DNA of 63,550 nt, the filler included, from Octopus bimaculoides (Eukaryota): NCBI RefSeq assembly GCF_001194135.2. It is 6 parts of 6 records of this genome, joined end to end, with 100 filler letters (N's around TTAATTAATTAA, not from the genome) between each part and the next. Parts side by side here need not be neighbours in the genome. Positions count along the whole stretch, not along the records: positions 30,561 to 43,305 come from NC_069007.1; positions 43,406 to 53,366 come from NC_069003.1; positions 53,467 to 59,320 come from NC_068985.1; 3 more parts are not named here. One strand, given 5' to 3'. Below the pieces are notes generated by a model that was given only the letters and a program-made list of their open reading frames with translations, made no database searches and was not told the origin of the DNA. This document shows, piece after piece, positions 39,859 through 53,636 of the stretch; the first letter of the stretch is position 1; each line of letters begins with the position of its first letter. The position numbers were made by a program, and so were the translations under genes.

Positions 39859-40646
39859 GTACACATACACAAACCATGACGTCTGCGCGTCTGTCGTATG
39901 ACTGAATGAAAGCATGTATATAGATATCTGTGAGTAAATACATATACATGCGTGTGACAACAGTAAGTTTTTACATATACGTATATACACACACATACAC
40001 ATTCGTACAGACAGACACATCACGATGTGTCTGTGTATGATTGTCGTATGGAGATGTCAACAACTTTGACCAGTGACCTGAAGGACGAAAAAGATATCAC
40101 TCATCACAAACCCCTCCCGTCAGCCTTCCCCTAAATAAAGCGACGGTTGCTGAATAGGGATGAAAGGGGTGTGCCATGACCTTTATAGCCCCTACCCGAC
40201 TCGAGGCCAAACAGCAGCCATTTTCTCCCTTCAATTACACCCTTACCATCTAACTCCTGCATTCGGTGTTTGAAAACTAGTTTTACTCTCTCACTTGTTT
40301 CAGTCTTTTGACTGTGGCCATGCTGGAGCACCGCCTTTAGTCGAGCAAATCGACCCCAGGACTTATTCTTTGGAAGCCTAGTACTTATTCTATCGGTCGG
40401 TTTTGCCGAACCGCTAAGTTACGGGGACGTAAATACACCAGCATCGGTTGTCAAGCGATGTTGGGGGGGGGGACAAAAACAGACCCCCCCCCACACACAC
40501 ANNNNNNNNNNNNNNNNNNNNNNNNNNNNNNNNNNNNNNNNNNNNNNNNNNNNNNNNNNNNNNNNNNNNNNNNNNNNNNNNNNNNNNNNNNNNNNNNNNN
40601 NNNACTTGTGTAGGTTCAACTATCTAAAATCGCAGTTTGTCGTAAA

Positions 40647-41278
40647 GGTAAATCTGAAGAATCTTTCCCAACGACAAATAAAAAAAAACCCGGTTTTCTA
40701 GGGTAAAATGAACGTGTAGTTTACGAAAAACATTACAAAATAGGGCAAACAAACCGTTTCAGAGATATTCGCATTTTAGGAGGGTTCCAAGTACAATTAA
40801 GTTTACATACATCTGTTGACTGGCAGTCGGTAAGTCCCTCAAGCAGTGTGTGACGAGGTATTTGTTCATTAAGTCAATTCCGAATCATGCTGAACGTCTC
40901 CATCGTTTTCTTACGAAGAGCAGCAAACTGTATCGCGGACCCTCTTAAAAATGTGGATATATTTGAAACGGTAAGCTTGCTCTATTTTTTGTTACTTTTT
41001 TGGGGTAATATACACATTTATTTTACCGTAGAACGTTGCGCAAAGGCAAAGCGCGTGCACACTGGTTAGGGTTAGTTTGAGGCTTAATTTTTGGGTTAGT
41101 GTTAGGTGGAGTGCACGAGTTTTACCTTCGTCCGTAACCATCATAAAAATGCGAATATCTCTGAAACGGTTAGTTTGCCCTAATTTTTATTGCGTTTTTC
41201 GTAATCTACACCATCCATTTTACCCTAGAAAACTGCTTTCTTTTAATTTGTCGTTGGGAAAGATTCTTCATATTTACC
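40647..41278. mobile_element. Foldback/MITE-like element with ~130-bp imperfect inverted arms
   Basis: 40647-40778 is the reverse complement of 41144-41278. Interior carries ggttagggttag / gggttagtgttagg. No clear TSD. Confidence 0.7.
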
Positions 41279-42700
41279 ATCACAAAACATACCAATACAC
41301 ACATCTAAAGCTAAACTTTTTCATAGACCCTTAAAACACAACTGTAGGTCCCCAATTTACTATTCTGCTTGCGTGGACCCTCTTTGATTACTATTTTATT
41401 CTGGTGGTTCCCCCATAGTCATTCGATGCTTAAAACGTAGTTTTGGTTTTCACACGTTCACTTATTTAGGTTTCCAACAACACTCACGAAGAGAACATGC
41501 TTCAGTGGCCAGAAACGCGTTCAACTGTGTAAAGCGTCAGACAAAGAAACCTCGCTGCTTTGTTTCTTGTAAAGAAATGCATCTTTTTACCTTCCACTGG
41601 TTTCATTCATTAGATTGCGGCCATGCTGGGGCACTGCATTGAAGGGTTTTAGTCGAACAAATCGACTTCAATATTTTTCTTTTTAAGCATGGTTCTTATT
41701 CTGTTGGTCTCTTTTGGCAAACCGCTACGTTACAAAGACGTAAACATACCAACACCGGTTGTTAATAGGGGGGATGAACACAAACACAAAGAGGCGCGCA
41801 CACATGCACACACACAATCCACCCACAAGGCTTCGGTGGACCCAGGGATATAGTAGAAGACACTTGCTCAAGGTGCCACGTAGTGGGACTGAACCTGGAA
41901 CCATGTGGTTGAGAAGCAACACTTAGCCACGCGTGCACCTTTATGTGTGTGTGTGTGTGTATAATGACATCGGCTGACACGCAGTGGTGGAGAACAAAAA
42001 CACACACTTTAATGACGGGCTTCTTTCAGTTTCCATCTACCAAATCCACTCACAAAGGCTTTGGTCGGCCCGAGGCTATAGTAGAAAACACTGGTCCAAG
42101 GTGCAACGCAGTGGAACCGAACCCGGAACTATGTGGTTGAGAAGGAAGCTTCTTACCACTTGGCCACGCTTACGCCTATGTATAAAATAAAAGGTGGGAT
42201 AGTTGTGGATGGAATACCTTTGATCAGAAGTAAAGGTGTGTTCTAACCGTGACGATTCCAATAATTTTAATCATACCACATCTGGAAGTACTCAGTCCAT
42301 TTGTTTGCTTTTTTTTTTTTTATATACATTCTCAAATATATGAGATAATAGATGGGATGGTCGCGGTTGGAGTGATTTCAATCGGAAGCGAAAAGCGTTC
42401 CGTTCGTGACCATCCCTTCTTATAATTCAACCCATAGTTTATTTGACTCTACACAATCCCAAATTTTTTTTTATTTTTTTTTTATAGAACTAGATGTATG
42501 AAATCTTGTGTTGATGCGCTTTTACAGGTTTCAGTCATTGGATTGCGGCCATACTGGGATACCGCTTTGAAGGCTTCAGCCGGGAGAGTCGACCCTAATA
42601 CGTTTTTTCTTTCTAAAGTTTGATACTCATTACATTGATCATTCTTGCCGAACCGCTAAGTTGTGTCGGGGTAAACAACATTCGTGCCCCACTCCACACA

Positions 42701-42767
<67 letters not shown>

Positions 42768-43266
42768 GCATACATATATTTACATATATATACATATGTA
42801 CACACAGACACACAAATATACACGCACACATATATACATACACACACATGCCTATTCTTTTATTGGTTTGTCATTTGACTACGGCTATGCTGGAGCACCA
42901 CCTTTAGTCGAACAATTCGACTCCAGGATTTATTCTCTGTAAGCCTAATATTTATTCCACCGGTCGCTTTTTACCGAACCGCTAATTTACGGGGACGTAA
43001 ACACACCAACATCGGTTGTCAAGTGATGAGATGTGGGGGACAAACACAGACACACGCATACATACATACATACATATATCGAAACGTCTAGAGAGAATAG
43101 AGACAGCTGATGAAGGGATATTCCAAGTGGCTTTCCGTTTTCCTATGTGTTCGTTCCGTTGTCTGTAGTTTATTGTTCTAACGTCCTGTACCCTGATATG
43201 CATATATATACACATGTAGATGTAAGTATGTACATATATGTGTGTATACATGTATATATATTCTTT

Positions 43267-43304
<38 letters not shown>

Positions 43305-43854
43305 TNNNNNNNNNNNNNNNNNNNNNNNNNNNNNNNNNNNNNNNNNNNNTTAATTAATTAANNNNNNNNNNNNNNNNNNNNNNNNNNNNNNNNNNNNNNN
43401 NNNNNATATATTCTTTTATTTGTTACAGGTATTTGACTGCAGCAATGCAGGAGCACCGCCTTTAGTCGAACAAATCGGCCCCAGGACTTATTCTTTGTAA
43501 ACCTAGTACTTATTCTATCGGTCTGTTTTACCAAACCTCTAAGTTACAGGGACGTGAACACACCAAAATCGGTTGTCAAGCGAACATGGGGGGGGGCAAA
43601 CACAAACACACAAATACACCCACAAACACATACACACACATATAAATGCAGCGGCTTTCTTTCAGTTTCTGTCTTGCAAATCCACTCACAAGGCTTTGGT
43701 TGGCCCGAGGCTTTAGTAGAGGACACTTGCCCAAGTTGCCACGCAGTTAGACTGAACCCGGAACCATGTAGTTGGGAAGCAAGCTACTTACCACACAGCC
43801 ACTCCTGTGCCTATCTATCTATCTATCTATCTATCGATCTATCTNNNNNNNNNN

Positions 43855-43935
<81 letters not shown>

Positions 43936-43984
43936 CGCATATGCATATATTTGGAGTTACGCTAAGAAGCAGTGCACGGTACTA

Positions 43985-44630
43985 GAATATTGGTTTGACT
44001 TCACCATTACGACTTATGTGGATCACATCCAGGTCCTTGCAGATTACCCAGTGAATATACTATGCCGTTCTATCATGTTTGTTGAGATACACAGTGGGAG
44101 CCAGAAGGTTTCACATGGAGAAAGTATGATCGATGGTTTCTGCCTGTTGTTTACATATATATGTTGGGCCACTACTGTTCTTTAATATGTTATCTCGGTA
44201 GTTTCTTGTAGGTTAGCATTGATCGTGGGCTGCTATAATAAATCCTTTTGTCTCTGATTTTAAACCAGAAGACGCCAGCCATTGATGGGTAAGGGTTTTG
44301 TCAGCATCAGCATTATTAGTTCTCTTTGGCCGTTTGCCATTCAGAGGTTTTTCTTGTATTTATCAGTGAATATATATATATATATATGTTTGTGTGTGTG
44401 TGTGTGTATGTGTGAGTGAGTGGCAGCAGTTTTAGCAAGAATTTTCATACAGTTAGCTTTTTCTGCGCTTGTTTCAGGTACATTTCATTCTGAGATTTGT
44501 TGTATTTGGAATACATTTATCTATTTCTTTGCCTATTTTGTTACTGAGTATGCAATTTTCTTATTTTCGTGCTTTGAGACATGTTTTAACATCCAGTCAT
44601 CAGAATTTTTCAGGTAAGTGTTTAGGCCAA
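43985..44630 (-). mobile_element. Decayed RLE LINE fragment interrupted by a microsatellite
   Basis: Minus strand SETKGFIIAAHDQC*PTRNY...CKQQAETIDH...YLNKHDRTA*YIHWVICK. Confidence 0.7.
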
Positions 44631-44968
44631 TTGTGGTAATCTTGATTATTAATTCAAGTTGTAAGAGTCAACCGTGGGGTGCTTCCAGCTCCTGAATTTC
44701 GGGAAGATTGAATCGGTAGCTGTTTTTTCGCCCCCAGTCTGGTGTGGGGAGAGATTCTTGTTAATCCTGTGTGAATTTTGCTTTGCTTTCATTGTGACAG
44801 GAAGTGAGTGATAGTTGAAATTATGGGACAGATCTGTCTGTTTAGCATTGCATTTTTGAGACAACACCGCCTCTGAGTTCTTTGAATGAGAACCGTACAC
44901 TGGGGCCGATGTAATCGAGTCATCCCCTCTCCCAAAATTGCTGGCTTTGCGCCAAAAGTTTGAAACCA

Positions 44969-45008
<40 letters not shown>

Positions 45009-46059
45009 GATTATTATTATTATTGTTATTATTGTTGTTGTTGTTGTTATTATTATTATCGTTGTTGTCATTATTATTTCACTAACACCGGTCAAATATA
45101 TCTCTTCGGGACGGCATATATAAAGATTTTGTTGAACCATTCTAACATTTCTTTCAATATATACTTTAGAAATATACCATATTTAGCCAATTATAATCAA
45201 TGAAAAATGCGGGTGCAGAATCCTAGAATATTCTTAAATATTGAATCTGGAAAGTACAGAACAAGCAGTAATTAAACCTGGATCAGTGCAAGACGAAAAC
45301 AGAAAACTTAGAATATTGCTGCTGAAGTTAGAATTTAGAAACTAAACTAGTAATAAATGCCCTTTCATATTATTATATTTATTTAATAGTTTAAATTAAA
45401 ATACTCAGTTTCAGTGAAATGGCTAATTGCCTTCAAGATTATGCATTAAAAAATTCATATTAGAAATTTAATTTATATATTCAAAAAATCACCTAATAGT
45501 AATTTAATCAAAATTGGCAATTATAACCCCTAAGTATTTTTTGCACTCACTTTGTTCATTAATTTTAATTTTGTAGAAATATTTTCTAACTGTAAATAGA
45601 AAATTTTTTGTTCTCACATAATCCAAACTTTAAAGAAATTAATTCTTTTGTTTCTTAAAAAATATTTTTTACTATATGTCTCTCTTTTGAATTACATGTG
45701 TTCTCAATGAGTTTGATTTTATAACAATATCTGAGAGTTAAAATTTTTGCATTATAAGTTTTGATAAGAAAAAAAAATTAAAAAATAATATACTGATAAA
45801 ATAAGTCAGAAATATTTTAAGTTAATTGAAAGAAAGTTTAAAATCAAAAATATTAGCTTACATTAAAAAAAAAAGTGCAATAAAAAGCCAGAAATTATAA
45901 AGAAAAAAGCAGTGTACACGTTATTTCATGAACAATTTCAGAAATTTATTTAGCAAATTCTAATTTCAGGAGCAATGTTTTAAGTTATTTTTCCTTCTCG
46001 TCCTGTACTTTTCCAGGCTTAATTACTGGTTGTTTTGTACATACTCAGGTTCAATACTT

Positions 46060-46225
46060 GTTTGACGAAAATTTTCGTGCAAAAGTTCGTTTAATCGCTC
46101 TTCATCGAACTCAACTGGAAGGCCAGAACGAGGTGAGTCTTTGAGATCAAACTTTCCATTTTTAAACTTGGCATACCAATCACGAGCGGTTCTTTCGGCT
46201 CCAACGCTCCAAACGGTTTTTTTTT
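46060..46225 (-). mobile_element. Mariner transposase N-terminal HTH fragment
   Basis: Minus-strand translation RTARDWYAKFKNGKFDLKDSPRSGLPVEFDEERLNELLHEN. Confidence 0.75.
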
Positions 46226-47208
46226 CATTTTAATATGTTTTTAATAAATACGTGATTTAATTCATAAACAAGATAAAAAACGAAATTGATAAAAAAAAAC
46301 AACTAATTTTATGTTTAATATTTTTTGACGGGGTTTTCTCCAAAATATATCTCTGGATGAAATGTTTCATTTGATTTCAAATAATATTATTATTCTCTTA
46401 AAAAGAACAAAATATTTTGATTTCTTAAAATTATAATGTTTTTTTCGCCCCTGAAAGCCAAGCAACGTTTTTTTTGTAGCTAAAGTGTTTTGACAAATAT
46501 TCCATTGTACTCTAAGTATATAAGGGTTTCACAATACATTTAAGTGTGCTTTTCTATTGGGCTAAGCGGCTTATAACACCAAATCTCATGTTTTATAATG
46601 TTAAATATCTTAAAATGAAAGAAATATTTTAGTTTGATTAAATAATCACCTTCCTTTGTTACTTTAATTTGTTAAAATTATCACCTTGTTTTGTTACTTA
46701 AAACACATCACATTTTTTGTAGCTGGTACTTTTTGACGAGGTTTTCGCCATAAGATTCATCTCATAGAGATCTTTCATTTGAACACAAATGTGTTATTTT
46801 CTTCAATAATAGCAGAGATATCTGAATTCAAAGTAAATATTTGGGGTTTATTTACCAATATTTCGTCGCTTAAATCCACACAGCTTGTTCTCTAGCTAAT
46901 ATTTTTAAGGCCGTTCCATGTCACGGAGCCGTGCTTTTCAATCCAGTTAATCAATAAAATATTTTAATTCAAATTCAATTTTTCACCTTACTTTCCCATT
47001 TTTCACCTTAAATATTTTGACCTAACCTTTTTTTTTAATTATCTGATCAAAAAGCATAGTCGCAGACTGGGCCATCATTGCTAAAGTGAAGCTGCAATTA
47101 ATTTGGTTGAGAACTGAATTAGTGATGAAGCCTAGAATTGTTCCCGAGTAACTAAAAGTTGATCTTAAGAACATATTCACCTACGGTAGTGGGTGAACAG
47201 GCCTGAGA

Positions 47209-47258
<50 letters not shown>

Positions 47259-47268
47259 NNNNNNNNNN

Positions 47269-47304
<36 letters not shown>

Positions 47305-47623
47305 ATATATGTTTGTGTGTGTGTATGTGTGTTTGTGCGCGTGCGTAATTTGGAGGTACGTGGGTTAGTGTCCTGCACACATGATTGTAAGATTGTGATC
47401 CTGGGTAAGACACTTCTTTTCCCGCTCTTCCAAGTCTGTAAGCTGGTAAAAATGAATAATATTTTGCCTGACAGGCTTCCCGTCCAGTAAGAAATATATA
47501 CATCACACTATCCGGGAAACCGTCTTCATCAACGTATGATTCGGGTAGGACATTTGATATTTTCTTTGAAATATACGTAGAATATATGTAGATAGACAGA
47601 TACATAAATTCATACACACAAGC

Positions 47624-47672
<49 letters not shown>

Positions 47673-47954
47673 NNNNNNNNNNNNNNNNNNNNNNNNNNNN
47701 NNNNNNNNNNNNNNNNNNNNNNNNNNNNNNNNNNNNNNNNNNNNNNNNNNNNNNNNNNNNNNNNNNNNNNNNNNNNNNNNNNNNNNNNNNNNNNNNNNNN
47801 NNNNNNNNNNNNNNNNNNNNNNNNNNNNNNNNNNNNNNNNNNNNNNNNNNNNNNNNNNNNNNNNNNNNNNNNNNNNNNNNNNNNNNNNNNNNNNNNTATA
47901 TATATATATATATATATATGTCTGTGTTTGTATGTGCGTGTGTATGTAGGTATT

Positions 47955-48125
47955 ATGTATGTATTTAATATCTTGCTAAGACCTCTGATACATCTACATG
48001 GAGTAGGTGTAGACATTTTAAAGAAACAACTTGACTTCCTGCTGTCCAGTGTCCCAGATGACACTACAAGAAACTCAAAAGAGGGCAGCAACAAAGAACT
48101 CCCACCATCACGAAGAGCCACAAAA
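47955..48125 (+). mobile_element. CR1-clade LINE 3' fragment
   Basis: FNILLRPLIHLHGVGVDILKKQLDFLLSSVPD, similar to the end of the 48590-49430 fragment. Confidence 0.6.
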
Positions 48126-48589
48126 GAATGGTCATTGAAAACGTGATAATACTGGTTGTGCCTTAATATGGCCTCGGCTGAAGCGCATGAAGTAATAGGA
48201 GAAAACAATGTTACATATATACAAGCTTACATATATATATATATACATATATACATATATAGGTGTATATTTATTAACATTTGTTTCTATGTTGAGTTAT
48301 AAAATAATCTTTCGTGTTTACATTAAACTGAAGGACTGCTCAATACTTTTCGTAGACTACAAATTTATTATTCTGTAACAAAAATAACATTGACAGTGAC
48401 TATGAAATTTTGGGGCGGTAAGTCATCATCAGCGTTTATTCGTATACATATATATAAATGAAGGCTGATGATGGGGCTGCTGTTGATAATTGCTCTTTCA
48501 GACATGCCATCAGTTACACAGACAGCCATACTTACTAGCTATGCCTACAACACAAAAGTAATACCAGCAGCCAAGGAACTTTTTGATGG

Positions 48590-49430
48590 ATGCTAATCTT
48601 CTACACAGAGACCTTGCTGTCATATATAGATAGGCTTGCAATTTAATGGAAGTAAATTCCAAGCCCTCTGTTATCAGTTAGCTCGTGCTGACAAGCCGCA
48701 ACAATGATTCTTAGGACCAAAACGAGCGGCAATCCCAGAGTCGAGTAGAGTATGTGATCTGGGGATTGACATGAGCAATGGCACTTTGCTTCACGAATAT
48801 ATAACCATGATGGTGTCAATGCGCAAGAGAATGGGCGGATGCATTCTGAGAACATTCAGAAGAAGAGACCATGAAACTATGCTGGCTCTCTGGAGGACAT
48901 TTGTACTCACCCATCTGGAGTACTGCTCTCAACCGTGGTTTCCCCACAATGTCAAATTAATACCGGAATCTGTCGCAGTTTAGCGGTGCTACATCAGGGA
49001 GATTGCATCAATGGAACTGCTGAGGTACTGGAAGAAACCGAAAGTGCTACGAATCTACGCCCTGGAGGGAAGACGAGAGAGGTATGTAGTGATATATGTA
49101 TAGAAGATCCTGGAGGCGTTGGCACCAAATTTGGCATGAAGAGCTATATTAACCCCCGAAGTAGAAGTCACTGCACTGTTCCAAAGGTCCCATTTATCCC
49201 ATCTAGAGTGAGGACTATATATTGTAGTAGTTTGTGATTCAAGGGCCCACACATCTGAGGGATCTTCACTGAGTAGGGGTTAGATCTTTTCAGTAAACAG
49301 TTTGATCTCTTGCTGTCCAAGGTCCCAGATGAGCGTCCATCACGGTAAAATACTCAAAAGAAAGAAGGATCGAACTCTCTCTTTCTCCAAAAGCCAATTG
49401 CATAAGAACGGCCATTGAAAAGGTTGAGGT
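48590..49430 (+). mobile_element. CR1-clade LINE RT C-terminal fragment
   Basis: FNGSKFQAL, DLGIDMS, ILRTFRRRD..TMLALWRTFVLTHLEYCSQPW.P, LE.RRERY, with stops. Confidence 0.8.
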
Positions 49431-49749
49431 GCTCCAGTATGACCGCAGTCATTGGGTTGAAACATATATTAAAAAAATGAAAATAAAAGAAATATATATC
49501 TGTATATGTGTTAGATTTATATATATATATTATATTTCTATGTATGTACGTATGTATATNNNNNNNNNNNNNNNNNNNNNNNNNNNNNNNNNNNNNNNNN
49601 NNNNNNNNNNNNNNNNNNNNNNNNNNNNNNNNNNNNNNNNNNNNNNNNNNNNNNNNNNNNNNNNNNNTATATATATATATATATATTTACAAAGAAGTTT
49701 GAAAACGCCACTATATAAAATAAATTTTAATTTATAATTTTCTCAGAGA

Positions 49750-49798
49750 TATTTTACATGTTTCGGTTCTTGAAAAAACGAACCTTATCAAAAATACA
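49750..49798 (-). ncRNA. Minimal type-I hammerhead ribozyme with variant U3-A8 core, in the element-sense 3' pLTR
   Basis: Reverse complement reads gtattt-TTGATAA-GGTTC-gttttttcaa-GAACC-GAAAC-at-GTA-aaatat, giving stem I 6 bp, stem II 5 bp, palindromic stem III ACATGT and cleavage triplet GUA. Confidence 0.7.
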
Positions 49799-50009
49799 TA
49801 TTTAAAAAAAAAAAAATTAAATTAAAAAAAAAGTTCAGAATTGTTTCTTACTGGTGTCAACAGAGTCCACTTGGGAGCGTTTGTTGTGGGGAGTGACCTC
49901 TGTCCGTGTAAGCAGCAGTGGTTATTGGTTGTAGTAGTAGGGGAGGAAGCAGCACAATCGGCAGCAGTAGCAGCAGCAGTGGCAGCAGTAGTAGTAGTAA
50001 CCGAAATAT

Positions 50010-50235
50010 TAGTAGTAGTAGTGACCGTAATAGCAGTAGTAGTAGAAACTGTTGGTCGTAGTAGTAGTAGTAGTAGTGACCGTAATAGCAGCAGTAGCAG
50101 AGACTGTTGGTTGTAGTAGTAGTAGTAGTAGTGACCATTATAGCAGTAGTAGCAGCGACTGTTGGTCGTAGTAGTAGTAGTGACTGTAATAACAGCAGTA
50201 GCAGAGACTGTTGGTCGTAGTAGTAGTAGTCGTTG
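50010..50235. repeat. ~45-bp minisatellite within the Penelope 3' region
   Basis: (agt)n-gacc.taatagcag.agcag.gactgttggtcg units x4. Confidence 0.8.
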
Positions 50236-52112
50236 TAGCAGGGACTGTTGTTTGCAGTAGTAGTAGTTATCGTGGCAGTGGTGGTGGAGTTGTAGGATTC
50301 TTTTTTTCTGTTTTTCCTTTTTTTGGATAACCAGTATATGAGTATATGATTTTACTGGCCCAGGGTGTTTAAACTTGGCCCGAATTTTCTAATAAAATGA
50401 AGCTCTTTGTTTTGACGTCGGGTGAAAGTTGTGTTGTTATTGAATTGGTAAAGTGGGAAGGTCGTAAACTTTGGATTTTTATTCGGTGTACATCTGTGTA
50501 TGTGGTCGCTGACAGGTATTTTTCTGTATTCAGGATTCCTGATTTGGGATTTATGTAATGCCATCCTTTTTCGTAGGCTGTTTTTTGTATGGCCTATATA
50601 TTGCTTATTGCATCCTGCGCATGTTNNNNNNNNNNNNNNNNNNNNNNNNNNNNNNNNNNNNNNNNNNNNNNNNNNNNNNNNNNNNNNNNNNNNNNNNNNN
50701 NNNNNNNNNNNNNNNNNNNNNNNNNNNNNNNNNNNNNNNNNNNNNNNNNNNNNNNNNNNNNNNNNNNNNNNNNNNNNNNNNNNNNNNNNNNNNNNNNNNN
50801 NNNNNNNNNNNNNNNNNNNNNNNNNNNNNNNNNNNNNNNNNNNNNNNNNNNNNNNNNNNNNNNNNNNNNNNNNNNNNNNNNNNNNNNNNNNNNNNNNNNN
50901 NNNNNNNNNNNNNNNNNNNNNNNNNNNNNNNNNNNNNNNNNNNNNNNNNNNNNNNNNNNNNNNNNNNNNNNNNNNNNNNNNNNNNNNNNNNNNNNNNNNN
51001 NNNNNNNNNNNNNNNNNNNNNNGGGTAGGGTTTTTAATTTTTCATCCCCTTTTGGTTTTGGTTGTCTCAGGTCTTCTATATTCAGTTTAAGTGTTCGTTG
51101 GATTGGATTGTCTATTAGGGGTTGTGGATAATTCCTATTTTTGAGTGTAGCTCTGAGTTCCTGGAGACGTGTGTGTCGGGTGTTTGTTTCTGATACTATG
51201 GTGCAAATCCTTTTGGTTAAACAGAAAGGGATGTTCATTCTCGTGTGCCTAGAGTGGCATGAATCAAATGGTAGGTACTGCTTAGAGTCTGTCGGTTTAT
51301 AATAGATATCCGTCTCTATTTTGTTGCTGACTTTCTTAATGAGGATATCAAAAAATGGTAGTTTTTCCTGGTTATGTTCCATTGTGAATTTGATGTTTTC
51401 ATTAATTCCACTTAGTATCATTTAAAATTCCTCAAGTTTTTCTATGCTTTCATCCCAGAGGATGAAGCAGTCGTCGATATATCTTTTCCAGTTGTTCTGG
51501 ATATAGTTGGAGAAAGATTTTCCATATTTTTCGAGTGTTTTCTGGTAAAGAATTATTTCGATGTAGCCCATTACTAGGTTAGCAAAAGAAGGTGCAGTAC
51601 GCGTACCCATGGCTGTTCCCGATCTATGTCTGTAGTAATTATTATTAAATATGAAGTAATTGTTTTGTAATATAAATCTTAGTCTTTCTATAACAAGCTC
51701 TTTATTTAAGCGAGTTGGAAGTTCAAAGGAGTAGTTGTTTAGCCAGAAAGTGATCGCTTCTATTCCTAAGGTGTGGGGGATGTTTGAATAAAGGTTAACT
51801 ACGTCGAAGGATACTAGTAGGGTTTTCTCATCGACTGTTTTTGGTCACTACTACTACTACTATTTCGGTCCCTACTACTACTGCTGCTGCTTGTGCTGCT
51901 TCCTCCCCGACTACTACAACCAATTAACTACTGCTGCTTACACGGACAGAGGTCACTCCCGTTTACCATTACTACTACAGCCAACGATTCAAGTCAACGC
52001 ACTAGAACAGCCATTATGTACCCACACAAAAAACGCTCCCACGTGGATTATGTTGACACCAGTAAGAAACAATCATGAACTTTTCTTTTAATTTCATTTT
52101 TTTTTTAAATAT

Positions 52113-52161
52113 GTATTTTTGATAAGGTTCGTTTTTTCAAGAACCGAAACATGTAAAATAT
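52113..52161 (+). ncRNA. Second, identical copy of the variant hammerhead ribozyme in the inverted pLTR
   Basis: Same sequence as 49750-49798 on the opposite strand. Core at 52119-52125 and 52146-52150, predicted cleavage after A52155. Confidence 0.7.
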
Positions 52162-53321
52162 CTCTGAGAAAATTATAAATTAAAATTTATTTTATATAGT
52201 GGCGTTTTCAAACTACTTTTTTGTAAATACATACCCATTCGTATGCCGCCTACACTTTTTTTTATCATATATGTCTATCTCTGAGTGAGCACGTCCATGT
52301 GTGTGTGCGCCACAGTGTATATGTTTTCTTTTTAACTGTATTGTGTTGGTAATTATATCATATATTGTAGAATTTAAACCGAGTTGCGGGCAGCCATATT
52401 AGGAGTATGCGATATCATATCACCAGATTGCCTGCCATTGTTCTGTTCTGTTCTCTCCTATACATAACACAAACGAAATATGATAATGTGTACTTAAGGG
52501 TTTCAGTTATGAATGACTTTAAGCTATTTATGATGTAATTATACGATTAGGTTTCAACATTACGTGACAATGTTATTAACGATTTAATGATCTGATTGGA
52601 CTGGACCAAACATTGCGTGTAACGAATTATTGCATTTCACGGCAATCAGTGCATGATATGCATATGTATATGCATGTATTTAAGTATGCATATATGTATA
52701 TGTATATATATATATGTATATATGTACATATATATATATATGTATGTGGGTGTGTGTGCGTGTGTGTGTGTATGTGTGTGTGTATATGAACATAAATGCA
52801 ACTGCATATATATATATATGTGTGTGTGTGTGTGTATGTATGTGTGTGTGTGTCTGTGTGTATATATATGTATACATATTCATATAAACGTATACAAATA
52901 TATGTACAGATATGTACATATAGATTATACATTCATGTATTTATACTCGCATATGCACATGTATATATAAGCACATAGGCACACGCGCGCACATAGATAC
53001 ACACACATGTATATATTTCAACATTTCACGAATGAATTACGTCAGCAGATGAGGAGATTATTCGAGTAGTTGTTTCTGCTGGGACAATTAAAAGCCGGTC
53101 TATTTCTAAAAGACAAAATGATCCTTTATTGACTCTGTTTAAAGGGATTAAATAACAATGAAATTTGATATTTACCAAATCTCAATATTCATATCGTCAA
53201 TATCTCTGAGGAACTAAATCTTAGATTGTAAGTAAGGGGCCGATGGATTCATCTAATAAGTATAGGTGTTGTAATATATAATATACATACATACATACAT
53301 ACATACATACATACATACATT

Positions 53322-53366
<45 letters not shown>

Positions 53367-53583
53367 NNNNNNNNNNNNNNNNNNNNNNNNNNNNNNNNNN
53401 NNNNNNNNNNTTAATTAATTAANNNNNNNNNNNNNNNNNNNNNNNNNNNNNNNNNNNNNNNNNNNNGTGGAGTAGGCATTCCAAAATCTTTAATAATAAT
53501 ACCTATTTGAAAACGTCTGCAGTTAAACTTGCGTGCTAACAATTCTGCCAGCTTGCCGATTTAATAATAATAATAATAATAAC

Positions 53584-53635
<52 letters not shown>

Positions 53636-53636
<1 letters not shown>

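Larger units (their letters stand above)
49696..52214 (-). mobile_element. 5'-truncated Penelope-like retroelement with inverted pseudo-LTRs
   Basis: Minus-strand RT (SFDVVNLYSNIP, GTAMGTRTAPSFANLVMG, RYIDDCF, YYKPTDSKQYL) at ~51022-51838 with one in-frame stop at 51422. Endonuclease-like C-terminus (..HFIRKFGPSLN) at 50352-50625. 49696-~50025 and ~51843-52214 are inverted copies of each other. Confidence 0.9.
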
